From: Thermoleophilia bacterium
Lineage (GTDB): Bacteria > Actinomycetota > Thermoleophilia > RBG-16-64-13
Assembly: GCA_040768135.1 (NCBI GenBank)
Contig: JAXGNF010000002.1
Coordinates: forward strand, 18,435-82,434
Direction of reading: 5' to 3'
Length of the DNA: 64,000 bases
Position 1 is the first letter of the stretch. Every line of letters starts with the position of its first letter. Positions 48,964 through 58,900 of the stretch are shown piece by piece. The notes under the pieces were generated by a model. The model was not told the DNA's origin. It did not search any database and worked only from the letters and a program-made list of their open reading frames with translations. A program made the translations under genes and the position numbers.

Positions 48964-49884
48964 TCACGCGGCGGACTCCTCGCTGAGGCTCCCGGCCAGG
49001 CACCGGTACAAAATGGCCATTCTCACGGCCAGTCCCGATTCTACTTGATGAAGAATCAGGGAACGTTCGTCGTCGGCCAAGTCGGCCGATATCTCCACTC
49101 CCCGGTTGATCGGGCCCGGGTGCATCACCCTTTGTCCCGGCTTGACCCGGTAGGGCGACAGGCCCCAGATCCGGCTGTACTCGCGCAGGGAGGGCACGGG
49201 CGGCACTTTTCCTTTCGCCCGCTCCAATTGCATGCGCAGGAGATAGATGGTGTCCACCTCCGCAAGCGCCTCAAGATCATGGTAGACGGGCACCTCCCAA
49301 TACTCGATACCGGGGGGCATAAGAGTAGGGGGACCCACCAGTCGCACATCGATGCCCATCTTGCGAAAGCCAAAAAGGTCGGAGCGGGCCACTCGGCTGC
49401 GCAGGATATCTCCGACAATGGCCACCTTGAGCCCCGTCAACTCGCCATAAACCCGCCGCAGACTGTAGAGATCGAGCAGACATTGGGTGGGATGTTCGCC
49501 CGTCCCATCCCCCGCATTCACCACCGAGGCATTGGTGTATCGAGTGGCCATCCGTGAGGCCCCAACCCGGGGATGACGCATCACGATGATATCGGGCCGG
49601 TAGCTCTCCAGGGTCAGGATGGTGTCCTTGAGGCTTTCTCCTTTGGACACACTCGACGACGATTCTTTGATGTTGATTACATCGGCCGACAGGCGCTTGC
49701 CTGCCAGTTCAAAAGACGCCTGCGTCCTCGTCGAAGGCTCCATGAAAACATTGACGACGGTACGCCCCCTGAGGGTGGGGACTTTCTTGATAGAGCGCGA
49801 AGCAACCTCTAGGAAGCCGTCACTGAGCTGAAAGAGATCATCAATATCGGATGCGGTGAGATCGTCGATCGAGATGAGATGCAT
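48964..49884 (-). CDS. pyrB: Aspartate carbamoyltransferase catalytic subunit
   Basis: The STRTQASFE and HPxQ motifs; 306 aa. Confidence 0.9.
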   Translation of the reverse strand: MHLISIDDLTASDIDDLFQLSDGFLEVASRSIKKVPTLRGRTVVNVFMEPSTRTQASFELAGKRLSADVINIKESSSSVSKGESLKDTILTLESYRPDIIVMRHPRVGASRMATRYTNASVVNAGDGTGEHPTQCLLDLYSLRRVYGELTGLKVAIVGDILRSRVARSDLFGFRKMGIDVRLVGPPTLMPPGIEYWEVPVYHDLEALAEVDTIYLLRMQLERAKGKVPPVPSLREYSRIWGLSPYRVKPGQRVMHPGPINRGVEISADLADDERSLILHQVESGLAVRMAILYRCLAGSLSEESAA

Positions 49885-49892
49885 ACCATTAC

Positions 49893-49923
49893 CCTTTCGG
49901 TCTCACGGGACACGTTTAAAAGG
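49893..49923 (-). promoter_or_regulatory. PyrR-binding RNA motif (CCUUUUAAACGUGUCCCGUGAGACCGAAAGG) ending 8 nt before the pyrB ATG
   Basis: GAAAGGGUAAUGGU AUG; the motif sits between pyrR and pyrB, as in PyrR-attenuated or translationally repressed operons. Confidence 0.6.
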
Positions 49924-50018
49924 TCTGCGTTCTTCTTTGGAATTGTACCGCGCCCCGCCCGTCGTCTCCAACATCTGCCGACGAGACCGATACTTCAAGG
50001 ACAGACAGCCGTTGTCTA

Positions 50019-50627
50019 CTACTCTCGAATCATGACCTCGTCGACCCCGTCGGCTCCGATCAGATGCACGACCACCTTCTCACTGCGGCTGGTGGGAACG
50101 TTCTTGCCCACGAAGTCGGGTCTGATAGGCAGATCGCGATGGCCACGGTCGATAAGTACGGCCAGGCGTACGGCCAACGGACGCCCATAGTCGAACAAAG
50201 CGTCGATAGCCGCTCGGATGGTCCGCCCTGTATAAAGGACATCGTCCACCAGCACTATCGTCTTTCCGGTGACATCGAAAGGCAGGTTGGTGGAGTGGAC
50301 TTTGGGCTGCAACATATCCCTGCCTAGACGGATGTCGATATCGTCACGGTAGAAGGTGATGTCAATCGCACCCGTGGGCGGAGTCACCCCATAAAACCGG
50401 GCGAACAGCCCGGCCAGGCGCTCGGCCAGCTCCACCCCTCCTTCTTGGATGCCCACCAACACAAGATTATCCAGATCAGGAGCCTGCTCGGCGATCTCGT
50501 GGGTCATCCTGGCCAGCGTCCGACTGATCTGCCCCTCGTCCAGGAGCACCTTTGCCTTCCCACCGAGGCTGTCACCGGCCTCCGCCACCGTATTCACCCA
50601 CCTTTCGCCATTATCGCTCTTGGACAA
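50019..50627 (-). CDS. pyrR: Pyrimidine operon regulator / uracil phosphoribosyltransferase PyrR
   Basis: PRTase motif VLVDDVLYTGRTIRAA and the PyrR N-terminal region. Confidence 0.9.
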   Translation of the reverse strand: MSKSDNGERWVNTVAEAGDSLGGKAKVLLDEGQISRTLARMTHEIAEQAPDLDNLVLVGIQEGGVELAERLAGLFARFYGVTPPTGAIDITFYRDDIDIRLGRDMLQPKVHSTNLPFDVTGKTIVLVDDVLYTGRTIRAAIDALFDYGRPLAVRLAVLIDRGHRDLPIRPDFVGKNVPTSRSEKVVVHLIGADGVDEVMIRE

Positions 50628-50662
50628 CCCTAGTATGGCATTCGCCGCTTGGCCTCGGGTCC

Positions 50663-51838
50663 CTACCGGCTCTTCTTGTCAAGAGCCGTCCGCAACGCCT
50701 CAAACGACTCCGCGAACGCCTGCACCCCGTCTCGTTCCAACCGGAGGGTGACTTCCTCCAGAGCGATGCCCGCTTTCTCCAGGGCAACCAGCCGGGTGGC
50801 GGCCTGTGCAGCCTCCCTTGTGATGGTCTCGATCGGGCGGCCATGATCCCGGAATGCGTCCATGGTATGCAGAGGCATGGTGTTCACGGTGTCTGGGCCG
50901 ATCAACTCCTGAACGTACAAGATGTCACTATAGGTGGGATTCTTGGTGCTGGTGCTGGCCCAAAGCGGACGCTGAACGGTAGCTCCCTCAGTTTCCAGTG
51001 CCTCCCAGCGAGGCCCTGAGAATGCCTCACGGAACAGACGATAGGCCTCTTTCGCACTGGCCACAGCCGCCGTGCCCCGCAGAGCCTGGAGGTCCTCGAT
51101 CGCGGTCCCCCCGGATGCCCGAAGATCCTCGGACGCCATGCCTGCGGATGCTTGGGCGGCGATCATGCCGTCGAGTTCCTTATCAACGACCGTGTCGATG
51201 CGGCTGACGAAGAAGCTGGCCACTCCATGGACCGAGGACAACCGCGAAATATCTCCGTCCGCCGTCCGCCCGGCCAGGAGGGCCTCCAGCCCCGATAGAT
51301 AGGCCTCCATGACCTGTCGATAGCGGTCCAACGAGAAAATGAGCGTCACGTTTATTGAATGGCCGAGCGCAGTGAGTTCCCGTATGGCAACAATCCCCTC
51401 TTCAGTCGCCGGCACCTTGATCATTACATTAGGACGGTCGATGAGAGTCCGCAGACGTACGGCTTCCGCGACCGTACCCTGAGCATCGTAGGCAAACGAA
51501 GGGGCGACCTCCATGCTGACCCAGCCGTCTCGGGAATCGGTGGCCAAAAAGACGGGCCGCAACTGATCGGCCGCGTACCGGATGTCGTCGACCATCAAGG
51601 CTTCCATGATCTCGGCAGCACCGGCTCCTTCGGAGGCCAGAGTCCGTATGGCTTCGTCGTAGGCCGTGCTCTCTGTGATGGCTTTGTAGAAGATGGTGGG
51701 GTTGGAGGTGACCCCTGATACCCCGTCCTGCTCAATGAGGGCCTGCAGTCGGCCGGCCAACAAAAGATCTCTACCTATGTCGTCGCACCAGACGCTCTGT
51801 CCGAGATCGCTCAACCGGGCCAACGGGTTACATTCCAT
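50663..51838 (-). CDS. tal: Transaldolase (actinobacterial long type)
   Basis: 391 aa; VTSNPTIF and KVPAT motifs with an internal insert of about 30 aa. Confidence 0.85.
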   Translation of the reverse strand: MECNPLARLSDLGQSVWCDDIGRDLLLAGRLQALIEQDGVSGVTSNPTIFYKAITESTAYDEAIRTLASEGAGAAEIMEALMVDDIRYAADQLRPVFLATDSRDGWVSMEVAPSFAYDAQGTVAEAVRLRTLIDRPNVMIKVPATEEGIVAIRELTALGHSINVTLIFSLDRYRQVMEAYLSGLEALLAGRTADGDISRLSSVHGVASFFVSRIDTVVDKELDGMIAAQASAGMASEDLRASGGTAIEDLQALRGTAAVASAKEAYRLFREAFSGPRWEALETEGATVQRPLWASTSTKNPTYSDILYVQELIGPDTVNTMPLHTMDAFRDHGRPIETITREAAQAATRLVALEKAGIALEEVTLRLERDGVQAFAESFEALRTALDKKSR

Positions 51839-51884
51839 CGTGCCCTCCTTATCCTGCTCTTAGTCCTTCAACCTACCCAGTCGT

Positions 51885-53924
51885 CTATGGTTCTCGCCCC
51901 AACACGCCGAGGGCGCGGACCACCAGGTTCTCGGCGGTGAACCCGTACTCCCTGTAGAGAACGTCCGCCGGAGCCGAGGCCCCGAAATGGTCGATACCCA
52001 CCACGGCCCCCGCGTTCCCCACGTAACGCTCCCAGCCGAAAGATGAGGCCGCCTCGATCGCGACCCGGGCTTCTACACGGTCCGGCAATACCGTCTCCCT
52101 ATACGCCGCGTCTTGGGCCTCAAACAGCTCCCAACTGGGCAGAGCCACCACCCGAGCCGCGACCCCGCGGTCGTGGAGTTGGCTTTCGGCCTCGAGGGCG
52201 ATCTCCACTTCGGAACCCGTAGCGATGAGGATGATCTCTGGGTCCCTCTCAACCGGCTCTTTGAGGACGTATCCTCCTCTTAGCAGCCCCTCCGCCGAGG
52301 CCAATGCCGACCGGTCGAACACGGGCAGACTCTGGCGCGTAAGCACCAAGGCGGTCGGCCCCTCCCGCCTCTCCAAAGCGACCTGCCAGGCGACCGCGGT
52401 CTCGGCGGCGTCGCTCGGCCGGATGACCGTCAGCCCCGGCATAGCCCGTAGCGAAGCCAAGTGCTCGATCGGCTGGTGCGTGGGACCATCCTCACCTAAG
52501 GCCACGCTGTCATGGGTAAGCACGTATACGACCGGGAGACCGGATAGGGCGGCGAGCCTGATGGCAGGCCGCATATAATCGGTGAAGACGAAGAACGTTC
52601 CTCCAAACGGGAAGATACCTCCGTGATAGGCCAGCCCATTGAGGATCCCCCCCATGGCGTGCTCGCGGACTCCGAAGCGGAGGTTGCGACCTTCGGGCGC
52701 ACCGGCTTGAAAGTCGCCGAGACCGTTCAGATACGTGTTATTAGAAGGAGCCAGATCGGCCGAACCACCCATGAGGGTGGGGATGGTGCCGGCGAGCGCA
52801 TTCAAGACCTTGCCCGAAGCAGCCCGGGTGGCGATCTTCTCCCCTGGAGCAAAGACCGGGAGATCGTCCTTCCAGCCCTCGGGAAGCCGCCCGGCCTGCG
52901 CGTCGTCCCATAGGCGGGCCAGATCGGGGTAGGCCTGCTCGTACTCGGCCAGCGTCTTTCGCCAACGAGCCCGCGCCGCGGCTCCGCCGGCGGCGACCTC
53001 CGCATACTGCCCACGCACCCGCTCAGGTACGGCAAAATGCAGATCGCCGGGCCAGCCCAAAGCCTCTTTGGTACGCCTCACCTCTTCGGTGCCAAGAGGA
53101 GCCCCGTGGGAGTCGGCGGTCCCTGCCTTTTCAGGACTGCCGTAACCGATGACGGTGCGCACCTTGATGAGCGAGGGCCGGGCAGCCTCATTTCTAGCGG
53201 CGATCAAAGCCTGGTCTATAGCGGCCAAATCGTTACCGTCGTCTACAGTCAGAACCTGCCAGCCGTATGCTTCGAAACGCGCCTTCACATCCTCGGTGAA
53301 AGCCAAACCGGTACCGCCTTCGATGCTGATCTGGTTGTCGTCGTAGAGATAGATGAGCCTACCTAGACCCAAGTGCCCGGCCAGAGAAGCAGCCTCAGCC
53401 GCCACGCCTTCCATGAGATCGCCGTCGGTCACTATGCCGTAGGTGAAGTGATCGACCACAGTGTGGCCGGGCCGGTTGAAGGTGGCCGCCAGGAAGGCCT
53501 CGGCCACGGCCATGCCTACCCCGTTCGAGAAGCCGGCTCCCAAGGGCCCGGTGGTGGTGTCGACACCAGGAGTAAGCCCATACTCGGGGTGACCGGGAGT
53601 CCGGCTGCCCCATTGACGGAAGTCTTCCAGCTCTTCGATCGAGAGCCCAAAACCGGCAAGGTGGAGCAGGGCGTAGAGCAACATCGATCCGTGTCCCCCG
53701 CTGAGCACGAACCGATCCCGGTCCGGCCAAGCAGGGTCGGCGGGATCGAACTTGAGATGCCGGGTCCACAGAACGTGGGCCATAGGAGCCGCTCCCAGAG
53801 GCATCCCGGGGTGGCCGGAGTTGGCCTTCTGAACGGCATCGATGGCGAGAGTACGGATAGTGGCGATCGCCAATTCGTCAAGGTCGCGGCCCATAGCCAA
53901 AGCCTCTGGGAATTTGTCAGCCAT
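51885..53924 (-). CDS. tkt: Transketolase
   Basis: 679 aa; the TPP-binding GDGxxxEG region (DGDLMEGV) and the transketolase C-terminal domain. Confidence 0.9.
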   Translation of the reverse strand: MADKFPEALAMGRDLDELAIATIRTLAIDAVQKANSGHPGMPLGAAPMAHVLWTRHLKFDPADPAWPDRDRFVLSGGHGSMLLYALLHLAGFGLSIEELEDFRQWGSRTPGHPEYGLTPGVDTTTGPLGAGFSNGVGMAVAEAFLAATFNRPGHTVVDHFTYGIVTDGDLMEGVAAEAASLAGHLGLGRLIYLYDDNQISIEGGTGLAFTEDVKARFEAYGWQVLTVDDGNDLAAIDQALIAARNEAARPSLIKVRTVIGYGSPEKAGTADSHGAPLGTEEVRRTKEALGWPGDLHFAVPERVRGQYAEVAAGGAAARARWRKTLAEYEQAYPDLARLWDDAQAGRLPEGWKDDLPVFAPGEKIATRAASGKVLNALAGTIPTLMGGSADLAPSNNTYLNGLGDFQAGAPEGRNLRFGVREHAMGGILNGLAYHGGIFPFGGTFFVFTDYMRPAIRLAALSGLPVVYVLTHDSVALGEDGPTHQPIEHLASLRAMPGLTVIRPSDAAETAVAWQVALERREGPTALVLTRQSLPVFDRSALASAEGLLRGGYVLKEPVERDPEIILIATGSEVEIALEAESQLHDRGVAARVVALPSWELFEAQDAAYRETVLPDRVEARVAIEAASSFGWERYVGNAGAVVGIDHFGASAPADVLYREYGFTAENLVVRALGVLGREP

Positions 53925-53957
53925 GTGTATATCTCCTTCGTTTCATGCTACGTGAGA

Positions 53958-54686
53958 TCAGGGAAGTATCGGCCAGCCTGCCTCTTCCGCAGCCCTGCGC
54001 AGTGCAGGCTTGGGATTGACGGCAACAGGGTGGCCGACCGAGCGGAGCAGCCCCAAGTCGGTGTCGTGATCGGCGTAGGCCCAGCACTCGGACGGGTCGA
54101 CCTCCCACCTTTCCATGTAAGCCGCGGCTACCCGTATCTTTTCGTCGGCATGGGGGCTGGGGCCGTTCAAGCGTCCCGTGTACCGCCCCTCGACCACTTC
54201 ACACGGAGTCCCTATATATTCCTCCACGCCTAGGCGACAAGAGACCGCCCGGACCACCGGGTCCGGCGCGGCCGATATCACTACCACCCGGTCGCCTTCG
54301 GCCAGGTGCTCGGCCAGGGCCGCCGTTGCGGCAGGATGGAACCGAGGCGCCAGCACCTCCTCAGTGAAACGGGTCATCAACGCCTCTACCTCGGTCTCAT
54401 CCAGACCCCTGAATACACCGATGCCTTTTTCGCGCGACCTCTCGCTTACCTTGACCAAACCCAGTTTATACCCGACGAACCACAGTCCGGTCCCCATCAG
54501 GAAGGTCAGGCCGACGACACCCACCCTCCTTAGAAAGCTGACAAGAAGGAAGGTCGTCTGCCCTACCACCAACGTGCCATCGAGGTCGAAAAAGACCACG
54601 GCCCCGCCGGCACCTTCGCTCGCCACCGCAGCGTCGACCGGCAAGCGGGTGGAAGAATGAAGGTTGTCGCTGCGGTCATTAACCAT
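53958..54686 (-). CDS. HAD-superfamily hydrolase, subfamily IB
   Basis: FFDLDGTL motif I and downstream HAD motifs. Confidence 0.7.
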   Translation of the reverse strand: MVNDRSDNLHSSTRLPVDAAVASEGAGGAVVFFDLDGTLVVGQTTFLLVSFLRRVGVVGLTFLMGTGLWFVGYKLGLVKVSERSREKGIGVFRGLDETEVEALMTRFTEEVLAPRFHPAATAALAEHLAEGDRVVVISAAPDPVVRAVSCRLGVEEYIGTPCEVVEGRYTGRLNGPSPHADEKIRVAAAYMERWEVDPSECWAYADHDTDLGLLRSVGHPVAVNPKPALRRAAEEAGWPILP

Positions 54687-54695
54687 GGTCAGAGT

Positions 54696-55751
54696 CTAGC
54701 ATCCGGATTGGGAGGCTCGGGTCGCACTCTCGCCGGCATCGTCTCCGGGCCCGCCGGTCCCGGACCGCAATCGCCCCAGCACCGCCTCCAGGTCCGCCGG
54801 CAAGGGCAGTTCGCAGTTCAATGCTTCCCCGGTGACCGGGTGCAAGAAGGCCAGACGATGGCTGTGGAGGAACTGCCGTCCCAGACCCAAAGGGTCTCTG
54901 CGCGCATAGGTGGGGTCACCCACCACCGGGTGGCCGATGGCCAAGAAGTGCACACGGATCTGATGGGTGCGGCCGGTCTCCAGGCGGACCTCCACCAGCG
55001 TGAAGTCACCCAAAGGCTCAAGCACACGAAAGTGGGTCCGCGCCTCCCGGGCCGCCACTCCTCCGACCGTCATCGATTTTCTCCTGGCCGGATCTCGTCC
55101 GACGGGGGCCTCGATGGTGCCGCTGTCGTTGGAGAAGCAGCCATGGACCAAGGCGAGGTAGCATCTATCGATCTCTCTTCGCCGGATCATTTCGGTCAGC
55201 TTCCGATGGATCTCCGGGGACTTGGCCACCACGAGAAGCCCGGAGGTGTCTTTGTCCAGACGATGGACGACGCCGGGTCGGAATTCCTCGCCTCCGGACA
55301 CCCCATGTCCTAGAAGCGCGTGCACCAGGGTGCCGGACGAATGTCCGGGAGCCGGGTGCACCGCCATGCCGGCAGGCTTGTCGACCAGCAACAGCCACTC
55401 GTCCTCGTAAATGATTGGGACGGGGAGTTCTTCCGCCACCAGACCAAGTGGAGCGGTAGCCGGAGTGACCACCGCCACCGTCTGCCCCTCCGATACGAGA
55501 CGGCTCTTGGATCGCGTTCTTCCGTCGACGGTCACGGCTCCCGACCGGATCCACGCCGCCACCTGCGACCGACTCCCCAATTCCGGACGGCGTCCGAGGA
55601 ACACGTCCAGACGCAGACCCGCCTCGTCTGCAGCCACCGAATACTCGAAGCGGCCGGATCCGGTGCTCCTTTCCGGCTGCGGGTCGCGGCCTTCGCGCCA
55701 CCCATCCGCGGCGCGCCTTTTTTCGATCAGACCGTCTTCAGCGCCGTTCAC
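54696..55751 (-). CDS. rluD: RluA-family 23S rRNA pseudouridine synthase (RluD-like)
   Basis: N-terminal S4 domain followed by the HRLDKDTSGLLVVAK catalytic motif. Confidence 0.85.
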   Translation of the reverse strand: MNGAEDGLIEKRRAADGWREGRDPQPERSTGSGRFEYSVAADEAGLRLDVFLGRRPELGSRSQVAAWIRSGAVTVDGRTRSKSRLVSEGQTVAVVTPATAPLGLVAEELPVPIIYEDEWLLLVDKPAGMAVHPAPGHSSGTLVHALLGHGVSGGEEFRPGVVHRLDKDTSGLLVVAKSPEIHRKLTEMIRRREIDRCYLALVHGCFSNDSGTIEAPVGRDPARRKSMTVGGVAAREARTHFRVLEPLGDFTLVEVRLETGRTHQIRVHFLAIGHPVVGDPTYARRDPLGLGRQFLHSHRLAFLHPVTGEALNCELPLPADLEAVLGRLRSGTGGPGDDAGESATRASQSGC

Positions 55752-56311
55752 TGCTCGGAGGAAGGCGCACTACGCCCCGATCGCCTACTCCGGACCAATT
55801 CGACCGCCAGTCCGATCACTACTACCGCGATACCTACGTCGATGAAAACGTCGGCCATGTTGAAGTTCGGCCAGTGTGGGAACTTGAGAAAATCGGTCAC
55901 ATGGCCGTCACCCGTAAGCCGTTGCACAAGATTGCCGAGGCTCCCGCCCACGACCATCCCTCCGGCCAGACCGGCTAGCACGGCCCGCCGATCGATGAAC
56001 ACATAGGCGCCGACGATCGCTAGGGCTACGATATTGGCCACCACTATCAGAGCCGTCCTCCCCCCCAGCAGTCCGAAGGCCACCCCGCTGTTGGCCGTCC
56101 TCTCCAGATAGAGGAAGGGCAGGATCTTATCGGTATGGCCCAGGATCAGGCGGGCCTCGGCAAGATGTTTGGTCACCAGATCAACAGCCAGAGCAACGGC
56201 CGTAGCTACCGCGAACAACGACCATTTGAGCAAGATCCGGTGTTCTCGGGAGAGTGTGGAGCCGCCCGTCTGCATCGGCTGTCGTCCCTTCTCAGCGATT
56301 GCGGTCTTCAA
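55748..56311 (-). CDS. lspA: Lipoprotein signal peptidase II
   Basis: Four TM helices; NSGVAFG and FNMADVFIDVG motifs. Confidence 0.85.
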   Translation of the reverse strand: MKTAIAEKGRQPMQTGGSTLSREHRILLKWSLFAVATAVALAVDLVTKHLAEARLILGHTDKILPFLYLERTANSGVAFGLLGGRTALIVVANIVALAIVGAYVFIDRRAVLAGLAGGMVVGGSLGNLVQRLTGDGHVTDFLKFPHWPNFNMADVFIDVGIAVVVIGLAVELVRSRRSGRSAPSSEQ

Positions 56312-56349
56312 GGCGCACCCTCACGGCTTGGCCATCAGCCATATCTGTC

Positions 56350-56634
56350 TCACCGCCCCGCAGACCGTCCACCCATCAGTCGTTCGAGCCGGCTACGCAG
56401 CTCGGCCTCATCTATGCTTGAGAAGGCTACCACCTTATCCCGGCTACCGTGGCCGGATTCGATCCGCACGTCGTCCACACGCAGCCCCAGCCAGCGCGCC
56501 AAAGCCGCCGTCAACTGCTGATTTGCACGGTTGTTCTCAGGAGGTGCGTTCACCGCAATCTTGAGGCGATCGCCATAGACCCCGCGCATTGCCACCCTGG
56601 GCGCTGAGGGACTGACACGCACCCCTACCAGCAA
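56350..56634 (-). CDS. DUF167 (YggU-like) protein
   Basis: 94 aa; the pattern LKIAVNAPPENNRANQQL..VRIESGHGSRDKVV is typical of YggU. Confidence 0.7.
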   Translation of the reverse strand: MLVGVRVSPSAPRVAMRGVYGDRLKIAVNAPPENNRANQQLTAALARWLGLRVDDVRIESGHGSRDKVVAFSSIDEAELRSRLERLMGGRSAGR

Positions 56635-56692
56635 CCGATCCGCCTTGGAAGTAATGACCGGCCGCCCTCCGGAGGTACCCCAAGCGCCCTGT

Positions 56693-57844
56693 TCACCACT
56701 CGAAGTCGCGGGTCCTATCCTTTCTCACGATGTCCTCGCCCGGGAAGGTGTCGTCGACGTCTTCCAATTGCCGACCGAAGAAGAACCCGTGTCCGGAGAC
56801 GTCCGGGGCGGGGGTCCGATCTTCGTCGGGAAGGGGGCTCTCCACAGACGCCTCGAGCGTTGTCTCTTCGGTCTCCATCGTGTCTGCAACCGCTATGGCG
56901 GGGGTCTCGGCCTCCGCGATCGGTGAACCTCCTACGCCTCCGACCGACGGAGTCACCATCTCCGCGACCGACGGAGTCACCGTCTCCGCGACCGGCGGAG
57001 TCACCATCTCCGCGACCGACTCTGTTACCGCTACTTCGGCCGTGGTAATCCCGACCTCTTCGGCCCCGACCACAGCCTCGGCAACCGGCGCGGCCACCGA
57101 CGTTTCGCTCGTGGTAGCGCCCCCCTCTTCAACCTCGGCCGGCCCGGCCTCCACAACGGCCATCTCGGCCTCCTCGGTGGGGACCTCATCTTCGTACCGC
57201 TCAGGGCCATAGGGTTCAGGGGGCCTCTGCTCCGGCGCCGACCCCGCCGCCACTGCTCCCGCTGCCGATGCCGCCCCGGTCTCAGACGGACCGACTCCCA
57301 CGGTCGACTCGGGAGGCGAAGTGTCTGCCTGCTGGAAGGCCGCGGATGCGACCGTCGCGTCGTCATCCTGACCGGGTGTTCCGGACACGCTTGTCGTCGT
57401 GATCGGTACCTCGTTCAGCAGGTTGAGATATCCCTCGAGCAGCGAGCGAAACTTGAAACGGAAATCCTCCTCCAGGCGCTTCAGCCCCACTAGCGCCTTC
57501 TGCACCTCTTGCGTCTCCCCGTAGGAGTCGTTGACTATCGACCGGGCTTTGAGCTGCGCGTCTCGCAGAATCAACTCGCTCTCTTTGCGGGCCCCGGCTT
57601 TGATCTCCTCCGACTGGACCTGCGCCGAAATCAGGGTCTTCTCCAGAGCGTCTCTAACCTGGCCGTAGGTGGCTATTTGTTCCTCGGCCCGCTGGAGTCG
57701 ATCCTGCAGCTCAGCGTTCTGCTGAAAGAGCTGCTCTAACTCATCGGCCACCTCGTCAAGGAAGATGTCGACCTCCTCATCCGAGTAGCCTCGCATGGAA
57801 CGCCTGAACTCCTTCCGTCGGATATCGAGAGGCGTGATCTTCAC
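56693..57844 (-). CDS. divIVA: DivIVA-domain cell-division protein with a repetitive low-complexity C-terminus
   Basis: N-terminal MKITPLDIRRKEFRRSMRGYSDEEVDIFLDEV DivIVA motif and coiled coils; 8-aa peptide repeats VAEMVTPS. Confidence 0.85.
   Translation of the reverse strand: MKITPLDIRRKEFRRSMRGYSDEEVDIFLDEVADELEQLFQQNAELQDRLQRAEEQIATYGQVRDALEKTLISAQVQSEEIKAGARKESELILRDAQLKARSIVNDSYGETQEVQKALVGLKRLEEDFRFKFRSLLEGYLNLLNEVPITTTSVSGTPGQDDDATVASAAFQQADTSPPESTVGVGPSETGAASAAGAVAAGSAPEQRPPEPYGPERYEDEVPTEEAEMAVVEAGPAEVEEGGATTSETSVAAPVAEAVVGAEEVGITTAEVAVTESVAEMVTPPVAETVTPSVAEMVTPSVGGVGGSPIAEAETPAIAVADTMETEETTLEASVESPLPDEDRTPAPDVSGHGFFFGRQLEDVDDTFPGEDIVRKDRTRDFEW
56941..57012. repeat. 24-nt tandem repeat (CGACCGACGGAGTCACCATCTCCG) in three full copies plus a degenerate fourth, inside divIVA
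   Basis: Seen directly; it encodes the VAEMVTPS repeats. Confidence 0.5.
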
Positions 57845-57906
57845 TTCGCTCCCCCTTCGCTCGCCCTGGTCGCTCTCAAATCGGAGCCGTTATCGTCTGC
57901 TGCTAT

Positions 57907-58278
57907 TCAATCACCATCCGCGGCACCGGGCGGGGCACCGCCGGCCTTACGGCCGGGCTCGGTCCCGACCCCTGACTCCATGGCCCGTAGCAAAGCGCCC
58001 CGCACCGCGCCGTCTTCAAGGACGGCGAGGCCGGCGATGGTCGTTCCCGCAGGAGAAGCCACCTGGTCCTTGAGCTGCGCAGGTGAACAGTCGTGCTCCT
58101 GGAGTAGAAGCGCAGTAGACAGGAGCGTCTGTCGAGCGAACGCCCGAGCCGTCGACAATGGCAGCCCCGCCGCGACGGCCCCGTCCTCCAAGCCCTCCAA
58201 CACCACTGTGAGCAGACCGGCGGTCGTGCGGAGCGACCGCTCCAGGGACTCCACGCCTCTCCCTTTGTCGCCCACCAT
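57907..58278 (-). pseudogene. proC: 3-prime fragment of pyrroline-5-carboxylate reductase (dimerisation domain only, 123 codons); the NADP-binding N-terminal half is absent
   Basis: GLPLSTARAFARQTLLSTALLLQEHDCSPAQLKDQVASPAGTTIAGLAVLEDG matches the ProC C-terminal domain. Only 57 nt separate it from the sepF stop, leaving no room for the roughly 160-aa N-domain. Confidence 0.5.
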
Positions 58279-58335
58279 GTACTCGGCCCTCCTGGCCGGA
58301 GATGGGCCCCGTGCGATGCTACGAGGACCCTAGGG

Positions 58336-58890
58336 TCAATACTGGTTGAAGAAACCTTTCTCCATGAGACGCTGTCTCTCCTCCGCCGAAACCTCGACGT
58401 TTTTGGGAGTCAGCAGGAACACTTTGTCGGCGACCCGCTGCATCCCCCCGTCGAGGGCGTAGGTAAGCCCGCTCGCAAAGTCGATGAGCCGCTTGGCCAA
58501 GTCGGTCTCGCTGGATTGAAGGTTCAAGATCACCGGGATGTCGCCCTTGAACTTGTCGGCGATCACCTGAGCGTCGTTGAAGTTCTTCGGCATGACCAAG
58601 TGAACCCGCACCGGAGGGGGCTCCACCGCTGTAGGCAGAGATCTGACCGACGCCGTCCTTTGTAGGCCGGCGCTACGACGAGCCCGATAGTCGTCCTCGG
58701 CAAAGATATCGTCGAACTCGGCTGCCTGCCGACGGCGACTGGTGCGATCGAGCTTGCGGACGTTCGGACGGTCGCCATACGTAGGCTCGATGTCCGGGCC
58801 TACGCTCAGTGTCTCGTCGTCGTACTCGTCATCCTCGTCGGCCAGCCCGAAGTACACGAGGGTCTTGTGCCAGATCCCACCGCCAGCCAT
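58336..58890 (-). CDS. sepF: Cell division protein SepF
   Basis: C-terminal SepF domain (PKNFNDAQVIADKFKGDIPVILNL...DKVFLLTP); acidic N-terminus. Confidence 0.85.
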   Translation of the reverse strand: MAGGGIWHKTLVYFGLADEDDEYDDETLSVGPDIEPTYGDRPNVRKLDRTSRRRQAAEFDDIFAEDDYRARRSAGLQRTASVRSLPTAVEPPPVRVHLVMPKNFNDAQVIADKFKGDIPVILNLQSSETDLAKRLIDFASGLTYALDGGMQRVADKVFLLTPKNVEVSAEERQRLMEKGFFNQY

Positions 58891-58900
58891 CCCATCCTCC

